From Selaginella moellendorffii (Eukaryota; Plantae; Lycopodiophyta): DNA of 64,000 nt. This document shows positions 39,752 through 52,271 of this stretch, one piece after another (within the stretch, counting starts at the first letter, position 1; each line of letters starts with the position of its first letter). The translations under genes and the position numbers were made by a program. The stretch spans positions 142,418 to 206,417 of the forward strand of contig NW_003314313.1 of NCBI RefSeq assembly GCF_000143415.4, given 5' to 3'. The notes under the pieces were generated by a model. It saw only the letters and a list, made by a program, of their open reading frames with translations, was not told where the DNA came from and ran no database searches.

Positions 39752-40261
39752 ATGGCTTCCATTCTACCATCCGTGTTAGCAATGCTGGTCATGATCTCTC
39801 TGGTTTCAAGCTGCACGGCAGACAGTTATACTTGTTAGTAGCTTGATCTCAAGAAAAAACTTAACGCTGTGTTTCTAATCGATCTTTCTCTTGCTGTGCT
39901 TGCAGCTGGTAACATCACCAAAGACTTCATCACGATCCAGCAAAAGCTCCAGTATTGCAACAAGACATACCCGCAAGCTTCGGCCTTCTTGTCTCCACTC
40001 ATCGACTACGCTGGCTTGGGCACCACGGGCAGTCCTCCAAGTTTCATCGACGTCCTGCGCGGGATCATAGCCCTCCTCGATGATTTCCTGTTCGCAAACT
40101 TTGGGAGCACTCCAACGCTGCCACCCGGTTTCTCATCATGCCTCCAGGAAGTGATCGACAAGCTACTCTGCCTTCTCTACTCCACCACTGGAACTTACAG
40201 GATTCTCGTCTCGTTCTTGCTCGCAAGTGTATACCTCGTCAAAGGCATCTTGGTTCCTTGA
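39752..40261 (+). CDS. Small secreted/membrane-anchored protein of unknown family, copy 2
   Basis: Near-identical paralog of 38303-38815 with intact frame and the same intron. Confidence 0.7.
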
Positions 40262-40458
40262 GGCGAGAAAGCTCTTCAGAAAGTTTGAGAAAAATCCAAA
40301 GGCCGAAAACATTTGGTATGGTTTCTAGAAATAACAGTATTGATACTGATATTAAGGTGCAAACCAATGATTGATTCAAGGACTATATCTCTATACTAGC
40401 TAGCAAAATGCCCCTCGTCTTTCCACTGGAATGGAAAATCATCCATCTTCTTCGTCTT

Positions 40459-41338
40459 TTAGTATGGTCTTGGATATGGCGTCATGCCCACGCCGGGGCC
40501 TCCGCCAGTGTTGTAAGTCTGCCATGCGTTTTCCTGGGATTTGACGAAGCACAAGTAGTAGCCTTCGCTCAGGAGCAGCGTGAAGAAGGTGAACGCGGCG
40601 CCGGCGGAGAAGACTCCCTTCCTCAGCGTCTTGCAGTCTAGATCGAACGCGCCCTGGTAGCCGCGAGAGCGCGTGCGGTACGCTGCTCGTGTCGATCCGG
40701 CCAAGAGGCAGAGCTCGGCGACCACGAAAGTGAACCTGGAAAGATCACGGGGAAAAGAAGAATCAGAACTTTCCCAGCTGCCAAGTCTATGGAGTGATAA
40801 ATGATACGAAGGAAACATCAAACCATACAGCCAGTGAAGAAGTTGGACTGTGGAGATAGATGGGAAGAAAATGCTTCGATGGTTTTGGATTGATGGAACG
40901 GGAATTGATGGTCGAAGAACTGAGATGAATTGAGAGAGATGGGCTTACCAGGAAAGGATGAAGAACACGACCGCGGCAACTCTGGATCCCCCAGGACGAA
41001 GTGGCGAGGAGCAACACAGGCAGCGAGTGACACCAGTGATGATAAGCTGACCCAAGAGCAAGAACAGGAACGCTCCAATGCCGAGACCAGTGGCAATGTC
41101 CTTGCTGTACCGGCAAGTAGTATAGGAATCACTCACGTCCGTCTCAATCGTGACCTGGTCGTGGTACCACACGAAGAAAGGAACGTTCAAAGCCAAATAT
41201 TTCCGGGACAAATCTGGGAGAGAAAGAACTTACGTGATTTCTCCGCGACTCCGCTCCAATCGCCAGCCCAAAAGCAATGATGTCAAACACCAGCGTCGCC
41301 AAGATCACAAAATACGAGGCGCCATAAGCAGACCCCAT
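40459..41338 (-). CDS. DUF1218 family membrane protein (MWL/DEAL-like)
   Basis: FDIIAFGLAIGAESRR, CRYSKDIATGLG, RCLCC, FVVAELCLLAG, CKTLRKGVFSAGAAF; 3 exons. Confidence 0.88.
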
Positions 41339-41924
41339 GATCTCGCTACCTGATCAAGCGCTGTGAGAATTCGCACAAGGAAAGGAAATGGCGGAGATCT
41401 GGGCCCTAGAGCTCGAAATACTGCCCGCATTCCACGAAATCTCAAGAAAAGAGAAGAGAATGCGTGGGAAAACACCGGGCACTGCGAGATGCCAAGCAAA
41501 GCCGCGGCGGATCTAGAGGAGCTTGCTTACCAGTGTGGATTGAAGCGCCAGACCAAGGATCGCAGCTAGGGCGCGGCGCGTCTTCGTGCGCTCCTCCTCG
41601 GGCTTCGATAATCTCGCGTTTGACGCAAACCTCCGATGGATGTAACACGTGGACGGCCACAACCGACACTGCTAAAGAGGTCTGGGGTTCGAATCGCGCC
41701 AAGGAGGATAAAGACACTCCACCCTCTGTTTGGTAGCTAGATTGCCAGTGACAGTTTAGCTATAGTATATCGCGATAGATGCTATAGCTCAAATCTAATG
41801 CTATAGCTCAAATAGCTCAAAAATTCTGGCAATCTTGGGTGATCCTCCACGAAGTATTTTGAGAACTTGGGTCTCTTATAGATTGGTGTTCTTGTTTGAG
41901 GAGTCTATACGATGAGTCTCTCCA

Positions 41925-43895
41925 ATGGTGGCACTCTTGAGCGAGCTCCGAGCGTGTCTAAAACGGTGTTGCGATTTGAGAGACTTATCGACCGGCAAAA
42001 GTATTCACGAGTGGATCTCGCAAAGCGAGTACAGAGACCACAAGGGCCTGGCGAGCCAGCTCGTTCTTCTGTACGGGAGGTGCGGCCGCGTCGACGAGGC
42101 ACGTACGGTGTTTGATTCCATCCATGATCCGAATCTACAAGCGTGGAACACTATGACGAATGCGTATGCCCAGAACGGGTATATTGCAACGGCAGAGGAG
42201 ATGTTTCACTTGACGAAGAACAAAGATGTTATCTCCTGGAACTCAATGATTTCTGCTTACAATATCAACTCGCAATTGCCAAATGCTAGCAAGTTTTTCG
42301 CGAAAATGCCTGCTTCTAATGTTACGACTTGGAACACTATGATCACAGCCTTTGCCGAAGATGGGTATTTGTTCCAAGCGAAAGAACTTTTTCTATCTAT
42401 GAAAGAGAGAGATGTAATATCATGGAACGCCTTGTTGAAAGGATTTGCGTTAGAAGGATCCGTCATGTCAGTGAGGTTCCTATTTTTCTTGATGCCTCAG
42501 AGGACACTCCTTTCATGGAGTGTGATGTTTCATGCGTGTGCCCAGGGAAGGTTCCATGACGAGACTTTAGAAATCTTTCAGGCTATGCCCGAGCACAACT
42601 CGATCCTCTGGAATACTTTGATATCCTCATATGCCCAGAAATCTTCTCATATCGACACAGTCAAACTACTTTTTGATGACATGCCTGAGCGAGATGCCAT
42701 CTCCTGGAACACGCTTTTCGAAGCATATGCCCGTGGGGGATACCATGAAAAAAGCAAGCTTATCTTTGCAAAGATGCCGGAAAGGAGCAGTGTAGCTTGG
42801 ACCATTATGCTGCAGGTATATGCCGACAACAATGAGCTAGAAGAAGTGAAGAAGACTTTTGAAACAATGCAGGGCCATCAGGACAATGTGTGCAAGACAA
42901 CTACGATCTTGGCGTATGCCCAAAACGGGCATCTCAGGGATTCCAAGGAAATCTTTGATCATATGACCCAACGCGACGTGATATCCTGGACTGCAATGTG
43001 CAATTCATATGTCCTGAACTACATTGTTTGCGATGCAAAGGTGACGTTCGATCGGATGCCTGCATGGAGCCTTGTGACACTAAACGCAATTTTAACTGCG
43101 TATTTCCAAAACCATCTCCTAGAATCGGCAGCGCAGCTGTTTGGTACAATGCCCGAAAGAGATGTTGTGTCTTGGAATGCGATTCTCTCCGGCTATGGAC
43201 AGAACCAAAGCTTCAAAGAAGGGATCAAAGCGTACACTTTGATGCCTGGACACAATGCCGTGTCGTGGACAAGCATGATCGCAATGTTTGGGTGCAATGG
43301 AAAAGTAGTAGAAGCGAAGGAAATCTTCGATCTGATGCGTGAGAGGGCATCACTGGCGTGGAACTGCATGCTTGGCACGTATGCCCAGTCTGGGCATCTG
43401 GAGAAAGCAAAGTTCTCTTTCATAGTTATGCCGTTTCATAGCCCAACTACGGTGGACATTATGATTTCCATGCATGCTCACTCGGGGAACTTTGGTGATG
43501 CGATACGAATTCTCTGCCACCTTTGTTTGCAAGGCCTAATGCCCACCGACATGACCTTTCTGGGCATCTTGAGCGGATGCAACCACGTTGGGCTTCTTGG
43601 TCTTGGGCGCGAGTGTTTTGTAGAAATGCAGGGTGATTACAGCATTGCTCCCAGCAAGCAGCACTTTAGCTGCATGGTGGACGTGTTGGGTCGAGCGGGA
43701 CAAATGGAACTTTGCGAGGATTTGATCAAGCATATGCCCTTTTTGCCGGACTCGATTGCATGGATCTCACTCCTGGCATCAAGTAAGATCAACAAGGATC
43801 AAGATTTTGCTAGGCTTGCATCTCGAGAGCTCCAGAACTTGATACCCAACCAAAGTGCACCATATCTGTTGCTCTCCAGTACTATAGTTGTGTAA
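41925..43895 (+). CDS. PLS-class PPR protein with many short 31-aa motifs, E domain, no DYW
   Basis: Tandem F..MPERDVVSWN motifs; CNHVGL...HFSCMVDVLGRAG...MPFLPD...PYLLLSS. Confidence 0.92.
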   Translation: MVALLSELRACLKRCCDLRDLSTGKSIHEWISQSEYRDHKGLASQLVLLYGRCGRVDEARTVFDSIHDPNLQAWNTMTNAYAQNGYIATAEEMFHLTKNKDVISWNSMISAYNINSQLPNASKFFAKMPASNVTTWNTMITAFAEDGYLFQAKELFLSMKERDVISWNALLKGFALEGSVMSVRFLFFLMPQRTLLSWSVMFHACAQGRFHDETLEIFQAMPEHNSILWNTLISSYAQKSSHIDTVKLLFDDMPERDAISWNTLFEAYARGGYHEKSKLIFAKMPERSSVAWTIMLQVYADNNELEEVKKTFETMQGHQDNVCKTTTILAYAQNGHLRDSKEIFDHMTQRDVISWTAMCNSYVLNYIVCDAKVTFDRMPAWSLVTLNAILTAYFQNHLLESAAQLFGTMPERDVVSWNAILSGYGQNQSFKEGIKAYTLMPGHNAVSWTSMIAMFGCNGKVVEAKEIFDLMRERASLAWNCMLGTYAQSGHLEKAKFSFIVMPFHSPTTVDIMISMHAHSGNFGDAIRILCHLCLQGLMPTDMTFLGILSGCNHVGLLGLGRECFVEMQGDYSIAPSKQHFSCMVDVLGRAGQMELCEDLIKHMPFLPDSIAWISLLASSKINKDQDFARLASRELQNLIPNQSAPYLLLSSTIVV

Positions 43896-43967
43896 CACTT
43901 CGAAAATTCTATATCAGTTTCAGTTTCTTAACTTTATAATTACAAATTAGTCATACTTTTCTGATTT

Positions 43968-46289
43968 CTAAGGACATTTTCTTTGGACATACGATGGCCC
44001 GTGTTCTTCGTACCTGCGCTTGTTTGAGAAAAGCTCAGAGACCCGAACGAGGGAAAGAATGAAATCTTACTCTGCTTTAGAGAACCACATCTGCTGGAAC
44101 GACCCCAAAGAAGCGAGAATACTTCCACCAATCCATACGCTGAAAGGAAACCGCACATTTATGGGTGAGGAGAGGTGTTCAAAATGTATCTATTACCTGA
44201 AGCGTCTCTCGATTGTGTTCCCACTTGCAAGAACCTTGACGCGAGCTGCTTGTGGTGCTTCCTGGAATAAATTTGTGTGTGAAACTCCCGGAGAGAATTT
44301 GAGTCAGGCAAACCTCAACCAAGTCCTTTTCTAAACGCTCTTTCAATTGCTGCATTGATGCGGTTCCGCCGGCGAGCTGCACAGAGCAAAGTTCATAAGA
44401 TTTAAGATTTGCGAAAACTCAATTTCTCCTACCAAAATAGTGCTGAAGAGCTCTCTCCGGATATCAACATCGCATTTTCCTATGCAGTCGCTAACCTGGC
44501 GAGAAAAAGGAACCATAGCTCGAAGGAAAAATAGAATAAATATTTTTACCATCTGTGGTAGTCCGCGTAAGGTGAGCCCCGTATCAACACCATATTTCTC
44601 CATCCCAGGTATTGTCTGCTCCGAAAAACAAGAGTTGAAAAGCCTGGAAAACAGACAGCAAAGTTTACCTGTATCAAGGCAGGATTGAACATAAGGTCCG
44701 GAACCTTGAATCGTTCAGCGCCAACTTCAATCGTACTGCAGTGAGTTCAAAGTTCCATCAGAGTATCGAGATAAGAAGACTAACATACTGGCCATCGGGA
44801 AGCTCATACGGAGTTGTAGGAATGTTGGCATACGAGTGTTCTGCAGACACAAAGAATAACGCTCATATGGGAAGAAGGTGAAAACAAAAATCCAGTTTAC
44901 CATCGAAGATGCCATCCGGGACCCGGCAAACGGTTTCTTTGATATCCGCGGCAATCACTCTCTGATAGAGCAAAGGTCAGCATCTTCTAACTTCCAGCGA
45001 CAGCGAGTACCTGCATGTACCTACGATAGCTGTCGGTAGTGTTGGGAAAGTCGAGGTTCACAATCTGAAAGAAAAAGCATACAAAACGTACTGTCATTTG
45101 CGTTGAGCGTTTAAGAAAAAAACTTACTTCGAACTCCCCGTTCACAGGTTCTTTCTTTTTGAACGAATACCTTGGCCTGATCTGCAAAAAACTAGCCAGT
45201 AACTACCAAATGAATACAGAACCGAAGCCAAGACTTACATTGACATTCTTCGATTCCAAAATCTTCAAGAGGCAATCTGTGAGGACTTCCCCGCCAATTG
45301 GGGACCGGAGAACAGCCTGGAATCCAAATTAACACAAACAAGTTAAAGATCGGCAAACTCAACCTTGTGCAGAACATAGCCATCATGTACAGCAGCAACA
45401 GTAGTAGAACCGCCACCGCTGCAATCGTTCAACACCATGAATAGCTTTTCCAGCAAGAAAATAAATTACCAGTCAGCAACAAGCGACGTCGCTCGTCCAG
45501 ATGCGAACGAGGTGAGAACCTGAGAAAGAAGAGAGAGAAAGACAATCACACGAGATTGGAATGATAAATGAAGAAGACTAAAAGGAATAGAAACCACACT
45601 TACAGCATTCTTTGCAAGGAAGACCGCAGGCACACCATATTTTTCAAACATCAGCTCCACAGTCCTGCATCACCAAGAGTATGACATGAAATTTTAAGTT
45701 GAGAAACAGCTTACTTTTCTCTATGCTGTTGAGGATTAAAAGATGCCTCGGCAAGCAGCATTGGATGCTCTTTGGGATCTATAAGCAGCCGTTCCCTGGA
45801 AAAAGAAAAAGGAAAAAAAAAAGTTACTTCAGCCATTTCTGAGAAAAGATGAAGTAAAGACTTGAAAGCGTGATCCCAGATGCTCTCAACTATGTCCCAA
45901 TCTGCGACGAGACCATCTTTCAATGCAGAAGCAACCTGTCACAGAACAAAGCTTCAATTAAAAACAGGAAGAATGGCAGAAAAATACCTCCATGAAATCG
46001 CGTCTAAACTGTATTGCTTGATTTCCCACATAGTACGTGCTCGGTTTTTCTCCCACAGATCCTACAGCCTGGAAGAAATTCGCACAAAGAAGAAATGTGA
46101 TAAGATTCTAGCAAAATATCTCTTCTTACCGATGGAAAAACAGCTTTGGGAGCGTCCTCTCCAGCGTATCCCGCCTTGCAAGAATGCGATCCCAGATCCA
46201 CGACAATGGCGGATACCTCGTCTAATCACACGAGAATGGTCAAGATCCAGCATTGCCGCGCACAGAGCGAGCTCACCTCCGCCATACAT
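43968..46289 (-). CDS. ARP4: Actin-related protein 4
   Basis: [35 protein letters not shown]; [11 protein letters not shown]; [19 protein letters not shown]; [35 protein letters not shown]. Confidence 0.95.
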
Positions 46290-46377
46290 CGCTTCCCTTT
46301 CGCCCTAGAGCCCAAAAAACCCTAAAACCTCGATAGCCGTTTAGGGCAGGGTTCTTGCTGGAAAGAAGGCGAGAGCG
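46290..46377. promoter_or_regulatory. 88-bp bidirectional spacer ARP4/CCT7 with telo-box
   Basis: aaaccctaa at ~46318 and ttaggg at ~46341 between divergent ATGs. Similar telo-boxes occur at ~8177, 16634, 25048, 27698, 31751, 55079, 57309 and 57349. Confidence 0.6.
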
Positions 46378-48895
46378 ATGGCGGCGATGCTGGTAAGCTC
46401 CCTCTCGCTGGTTCTTCTTCTTCTTCTCTCTCTCTTTCGAGCTCGATCTCGAGCGCGCGGCGCGCGCGGCGCCATCGATCCATCAAGTTTCATCTGATCG
46501 TGTTCTTGGCAGCAACCATCGATTATTCTCCTCAAAGAAGGCACCGACACATCGCAAGGGAAGCCGCAGCTCATCAGCAATATCAATGCGTGTATCGCTG
46601 TGGTGGATGTGGTGAGGACCACTTTGGGTCCTCGAGGAATGGACAAGCTCATCCACGACGACAAGGGGACTACCATTTCCAACGATGGAGCCACGATCAT
46701 GAAGCTCTTGGACGTAGTTCATCCCGGCGCCAAAGTTCTTGTCGACATTGCTAAGTCGCAAGACGCAGAGGTTCTCACACTTCCATTTCCTGAATGAAAG
46801 TTCCAAAAAACGTCTTTTTTTTTTTTTCCACAGGTGGGGGATGGCACGACTACCGTTGTTGTTCTGGCTGGTGAGCTCTTGCGAGAAGCAAAGCCTTTTG
46901 TCGAGGAGAATGTCCATCCACAGCTTATAATCCGGAGCTTCAGGACCGCTGCTGACTTGGTAATCTTGTAGCAACAAAACTTGTCTAGTTGGAGTTAACT
47001 TCTTTGTTTGTGCTATAGGCTGTCCAGAAGATCAAAGAAATAGCAGTCAGCATAGAGGGGAAGAGCATCGAAGAAAAGAAGTCGCTCCTCGAGAAATGTG
47101 CCTCGACTACGCTAAGCTCGAAGCTCGTGGGTGGGGAGAAGGAGTTTTTTGCGAAGATGGTCGTGGAGGCCGTGACGGACATGGGAGAGGACAGAGGATT
47201 GAAGATGATTGGCGTGAAAAAAGTAAGAAATCTCTTGCGTTTATGATGTTGAGGTGACTTAAGTGTTTTGTACTGTAGGTACCCGGAGGAACAATGCGCG
47301 ACTCTTTCTTGGTTAACGGAGTTGCGTTTAAGAAAACATTCTCGTACGCTGGTTTTGAGCAGCAACCAAAGAAGTTTGACAACCCGAGTATTTTGCTTTT
47401 AAACATTGAGTTAGAGCTAAAGTCGGAAAAGGAGAACGCTGAAATCAGGTATTTCAATTACCACTGACTGAATCTCGTCATGTTTGAACGACAATGTAGG
47501 CTCTCGGATCCCTCTCAGTATCAGTCCATTGTGGATGCGGAATGGAACATCATTTATGACAAACTGGACAAATGCGTCAAAAGTGGTGCCAAAGTGGTCT
47601 TGTCACGTTTGGCTATTGGTGATCTGGCTACTCAGGTACTATCTCTGTTTTGTGTTTCCTTTTATTTATCTCACATGCTCGCTTCAGTACTTTGCAGATC
47701 GAGATATCTTTTGCGCTGGGCGTGTTGTAGAAGAGGATTTACAACGCGTGGCCCGCGCGACTGGAGGGGCTGTGCAGACTTCCGTCAACAATCTCATTCC
47801 TGACGTATGCGCGGCTGTAATATTTGGTCTGATTAACTCACAAGGTGTAAATCTGTAGGTTCTTGGATCGTGCGAAAGATTTGAAGAGAAGCAAGTTGGA
47901 AATGAGAGGTTTAATATTTTTACGGGATGTCCTACCGGTGAGACTGCAACAATTGTTCTCCGTGGCGGGGCGGATCAGGTGCGTTCGTTTCTGTCTTTGA
48001 TTTTTCTTGTTTCACGAAAGCTTCTATCTTTTACTTGCGGTATCAGTTTATCGATGAAGCAGAGCGTAGCCTTCACGATGCCATTATGATCGTTCGTAGA
48101 GCTCTAAAAAACTCCACGGTTGTTGCCGGAGGGGGCGCTATAGATGTAAGTCTTGGAGGCCTTTTTTTTTCCCTTCATTTCGTCATCGGTGTTCTTATTG
48201 TTTTAGATGGAAATAAGTCGATACTTGCGACAGCATGCACGGACAATCCCTGGAAAAGCTCAGCTTTTCATTAACGCGTTTGCCAAGGCACTAGAGGTAA
48301 GGCGTTTTACTTTTATGTTGTACCGCATCCTCACTGGGCTTTTCAGGTGATCCCACGGCAACTGTGCGACAACGCAGGATTTGATGCCACAGATGTTCTC
48401 AACAAGCTCAGGCAGAAGCATGCTCTCCCTTCAGGTTCTCGGTTCTCCTTGTATTTTTCTCTTTGGTTCTCTTCTCATGGCGATTTCCTGTGCGGCTTAC
48501 AGGAGAAGGTGCCTTGTATGGTGTAGACATTAACACCGGTGGTATAACAGACACATACGCTAACTTCGTGTGGGAGCCTGCAGTGGTGAAGGTATGACAA
48601 GCACTGTTCTTTGTTTGGTTTTTCAGCCAATGATAACACCACTGTTACATATTCACAGATCAATGCGATTACCGCTGCGGCAGAAGCTGCAGCACTGGTT
48701 CTGAGCGTCGATGAGACAATCCGGAATCCAAAGGTAAGAAATTCGAGCGCTCGAGAGTTGAAAGAAGCTAAACTTGAATGTGTGCAGTCGGAGAGTGCCC
48801 AGGGTGAAGCAGCCGCTAATGCAATGGCCGGACGAGGGCGAGGAATGGGGGGAATGATGGGCAGGGGCCGAGGAAGGGGAATGAGGCGGAGGTGA
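46378..48895 (+). CDS. CCT7: T-complex protein 1 subunit eta
   Basis: [81 protein letters not shown] tail. Confidence 0.96.
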
Positions 48896-50176
48896 CCATT
48901 TCAAAAGGGAAAAAAAGAAGAAGAAAAAAGAGGAAGAAAGAAGAAAGATTTTTGTTCTTTTTGTAACACTTTTATTTTTACTAAAGCCCAAAACTAATGG
49001 ATAAATTAGGGTTTGTGGCTATTTAGATAAGTGATGAAAGGCATTTGACCTTTTATCTTTTGGAGCATATAGATCTGTGCAGTGATACAGTGTTTAGTAA
49101 TCTCCAAGAGGAAGATTGCCAGGTTGGCATTGGGATGGTTTAGGAGTGTAGTGGAACTTGAGCCTTGTGCCTATAGTCTTATCAAAAACTGATTTTCTTA
49201 GCATTAGATTTGCTAAATCATGTCCCACTGATGCTTTCAGAAGCATGTTTACAAGAAGACGGCCCACAAAATAAACATTCAAATACCTTGGGTGTAGCTT
49301 TGAACATCAAATGTTATAGTCAAGGTCCTTGATTCTACATTCTAATCAATGATCAATTTTAAGTATATATTTAAAACTATACCAAGTACCTAGACTCTTT
49401 TTGTCGGCAATAGCTCTTCCATTCGTTCTCTCTCCCTCGTCGCCCCCAAACGCGCACCGTGTGTCCTCTCTCGCCCGCGCAATATCGCACGACATGTTAC
49501 CATCCAATGAAAACGTCGCCTGAGCAATCGATTCGATGGGAAACCAGGAGTTAAAGCTGTTGATACATCGGCGTCAGAGTAGATCAATCTGGAAAACCAG
49601 GTGCCAGAGTAGATCTTCGAGGGGAATCTAGAAACCAGGCGCTCTCTCTCGTTTTTTTCTCTTCACCGTGGGAACAAGGCAAAGTGTTGATAGATAGACG
49701 CCGGGTGAGCCATGCGTTCGCGTCGATTTGCACAGCCATGCTCAGCGGTGATTCTCCTCCATTTCCCCCACGTTTTTCTTGAGCATATAAATCTTTTTCT
49801 TGAAAGAGCGTAAGTGCTTTATCTCTTTTGCGCAAAAGAAGCAGTGCTGCTTTTCTTAACTTTTGTTGGTCCCATCTGTAGTTCGATACTACCATCACCA
49901 ATCCTCTAATGCTTGTACTCGTTTGCCCAAGACCACATACAGCATATGTACAATGTGATACCCACCATACACAAAAGATTTCCACCAACAATGTCCCATA
50001 TGTACGTAAGTCATTCAAGGCAACGCGCTACCAACCATTCCTTTCTTCAGGGATGTTTTAAACTCGTTTCATCAACCTCACTAAACACTGAATAATCACC
50101 CCACAAATTTACATTACTTGCATATTGTACACACCTTGCACCCAGACAGACAACGAATTCTGCTGAACTTTCACTT

Positions 50177-51299
50177 TCACTTGTGGTGCGTGTAATTTGC
50201 GTTATCCAGGAGGTGCTTCTTGATGCCCTCGGGATCATAGATGAGCTTGCCGTGGTAGAGGAGTGGAATCTCCACAAATCCCACGCTCTTGCGATCCACA
50301 AAGTAGCCACCCGAGCTGGGCGGCGGTGGCTCCAGTGCCAGCCACACTGCAGTGAGTGCACCCTCGGACGGAGAATGCCCCGTGTGGCCTGACATAACGC
50401 AACTTGTGTGCCCCGGAGAGGTGCAGTTGATTCCGATCTTTCTTCCCTGGGCTGCCGTCTCTCGGGCCACAAGCCGCGTGTACGCATTCAGGGCCATCTT
50501 GGCGACGCAGTAATCGGTTCTTGCATACAGCTCCGGCCACCCTTTGCCGAATTGCTTGCCTTCCTCGACATCACGCAGATATGCGCTCACAAAGTCGTCG
50601 ATGAGCTCCTCGCTCAGGTTTTCCACGTCGGAGAGCTTGTCCTTCCATTCGTTGCCGAGGATCTAGCATCACCAGAGAGGCAATTGTGTTGAGAACGTAT
50701 AGACGTGAACGAGGAAAAAGGGAAATGAAACAGGAGAACTCTGGGGAAGAGTTTTGCATACGTCTAGGCGTGATCCAAGCGTGCTAAGGTTGACAATGCG
50801 AGACCCATGGTCGGATTCTCTCATGAGTGGGAGCATCTCCTGTATGAAGCGTTTGGTGCCATAGTAATTGACTTCCAGCACGGGTTTTGCTTCCTCGAGG
50901 TTGTGATGAACAGGATCCAGCAGCAGCCCCGCATTGTTCACCTGGAAATTAGTTCCACATTGACAAGAACAAAAGGAAGGGTATGAGCAGTGACCAACTA
51001 TGAACGGTGACCAACAATCTTACAAGAATATCAATCCCTCCAAACTTGTTTTGGATCCACTTTCCAAACGCTTCCACAGATTCCGGAAGTGTGATGTTCA
51101 GAGGGAAGGCGTAGACCTTGAGCTTGGGATCCGCGCTTATCAGATCTTGAGCAACCTTTTCCGCCGCAACTTGGTCGCGGAGCGTCAGAACAACAGAGAT
51201 ACCTCGGCTTGCCAAGGCTTTCACGATTTCCAGGCCAATTCCCTTGCCAGCACCGGTGACCACTGCCACGGTTTTCTCGGACCAGCATTGGGTAGCCAT
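50177..51299 (-). CDS. Classical SDR, carbonyl reductase / (+)-neomenthol dehydrogenase-like
   Basis: VVTGAGKGIG, DILVNNAG, VNYYGTK, RIVNLST, YCVAK (YxxxK), PG.T. Confidence 0.9.
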
Positions 51300-52271
51300 G
51301 ATCGATATACAAGGAAGAAGGAAGAAGATATCTAAAGCCACACAATTGTGGCTTCATAGCTGGGCCTTTTAAGCAATCTCTCCTCTGACGAAAAAGCATC
51401 TAATTACTAGTTCCATTACTTGTTCTTGGTCAATACTTTGACTCACATAAGAGTAGAAAATTACAACCGTTGGATTGAAGAATATTTTAGCATATATCTA
51501 GAAATGGATTCAAATAATTTGCTTGGCTTGTTTTAAATTTATAATAAAAATTAAGAATCTTGATGAATAATAAAAAAAACTATAACTAGAATCAAATATC
51601 TTGTATCATATATGTATGTATGACCTGTTCCTTCATAAATCTTAGAAATCATGCAATGTTTGTTATCAAAGCTAGCATATTGCATATGAGATAAAAGAAT
51701 TGATAGTATAACATAAATCAATTTCTCTTTGGAATTTCTTATCAAATTTTGTCAAAATGGCAATCTTGGCCTGCAACTCTTTTTGCAAATGAAAGAAAAA
51801 CCAAAATTTTAGCAAATTTTATCTCACTCTTTTACATACTTACATCATTCTTACAGATGCAAGAAGCTGTGAACTTGATGGTTCTGAAAGAGTCCTAGGA
51901 ATAAACAGTAGCTAATAGCAATGATACATATATTTTTGTGATGAACAGTCTTTGGTAGGATTAGTCACAATAATCTAAAGTTCTGTAGAGTTTTATAGTG
52001 AGCTGCTCTAAAGCTATTTAACAAGATGAAAATGATAAATGTCATACTTGGTTACTTGCTCTTGAAGTTATTTTAGTGTTCTAGGCAAATGGAAAAATCA
52101 TGTCAAGAAGAAGAAAAAGTTAAGAGATGTTCTGGTTAAACACTTGGCTATAGGATTATGTCCGCAAAGGTCGTTTTGTAGGGCTTGTTTAAGAACCACT
52201 ACAAAATTGACCTAACAGCGACGTCTCATTTTCAGCCTTTATTTGCTACTCGTCGAAGTCCGCGTAGCTGA

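Noticed and set aside
49390-50100. 144-aa and smaller ORFs between CCT7 and the SDR
   Set aside because: No recognisable motif or splice pattern; starts are non-ATG or weak.
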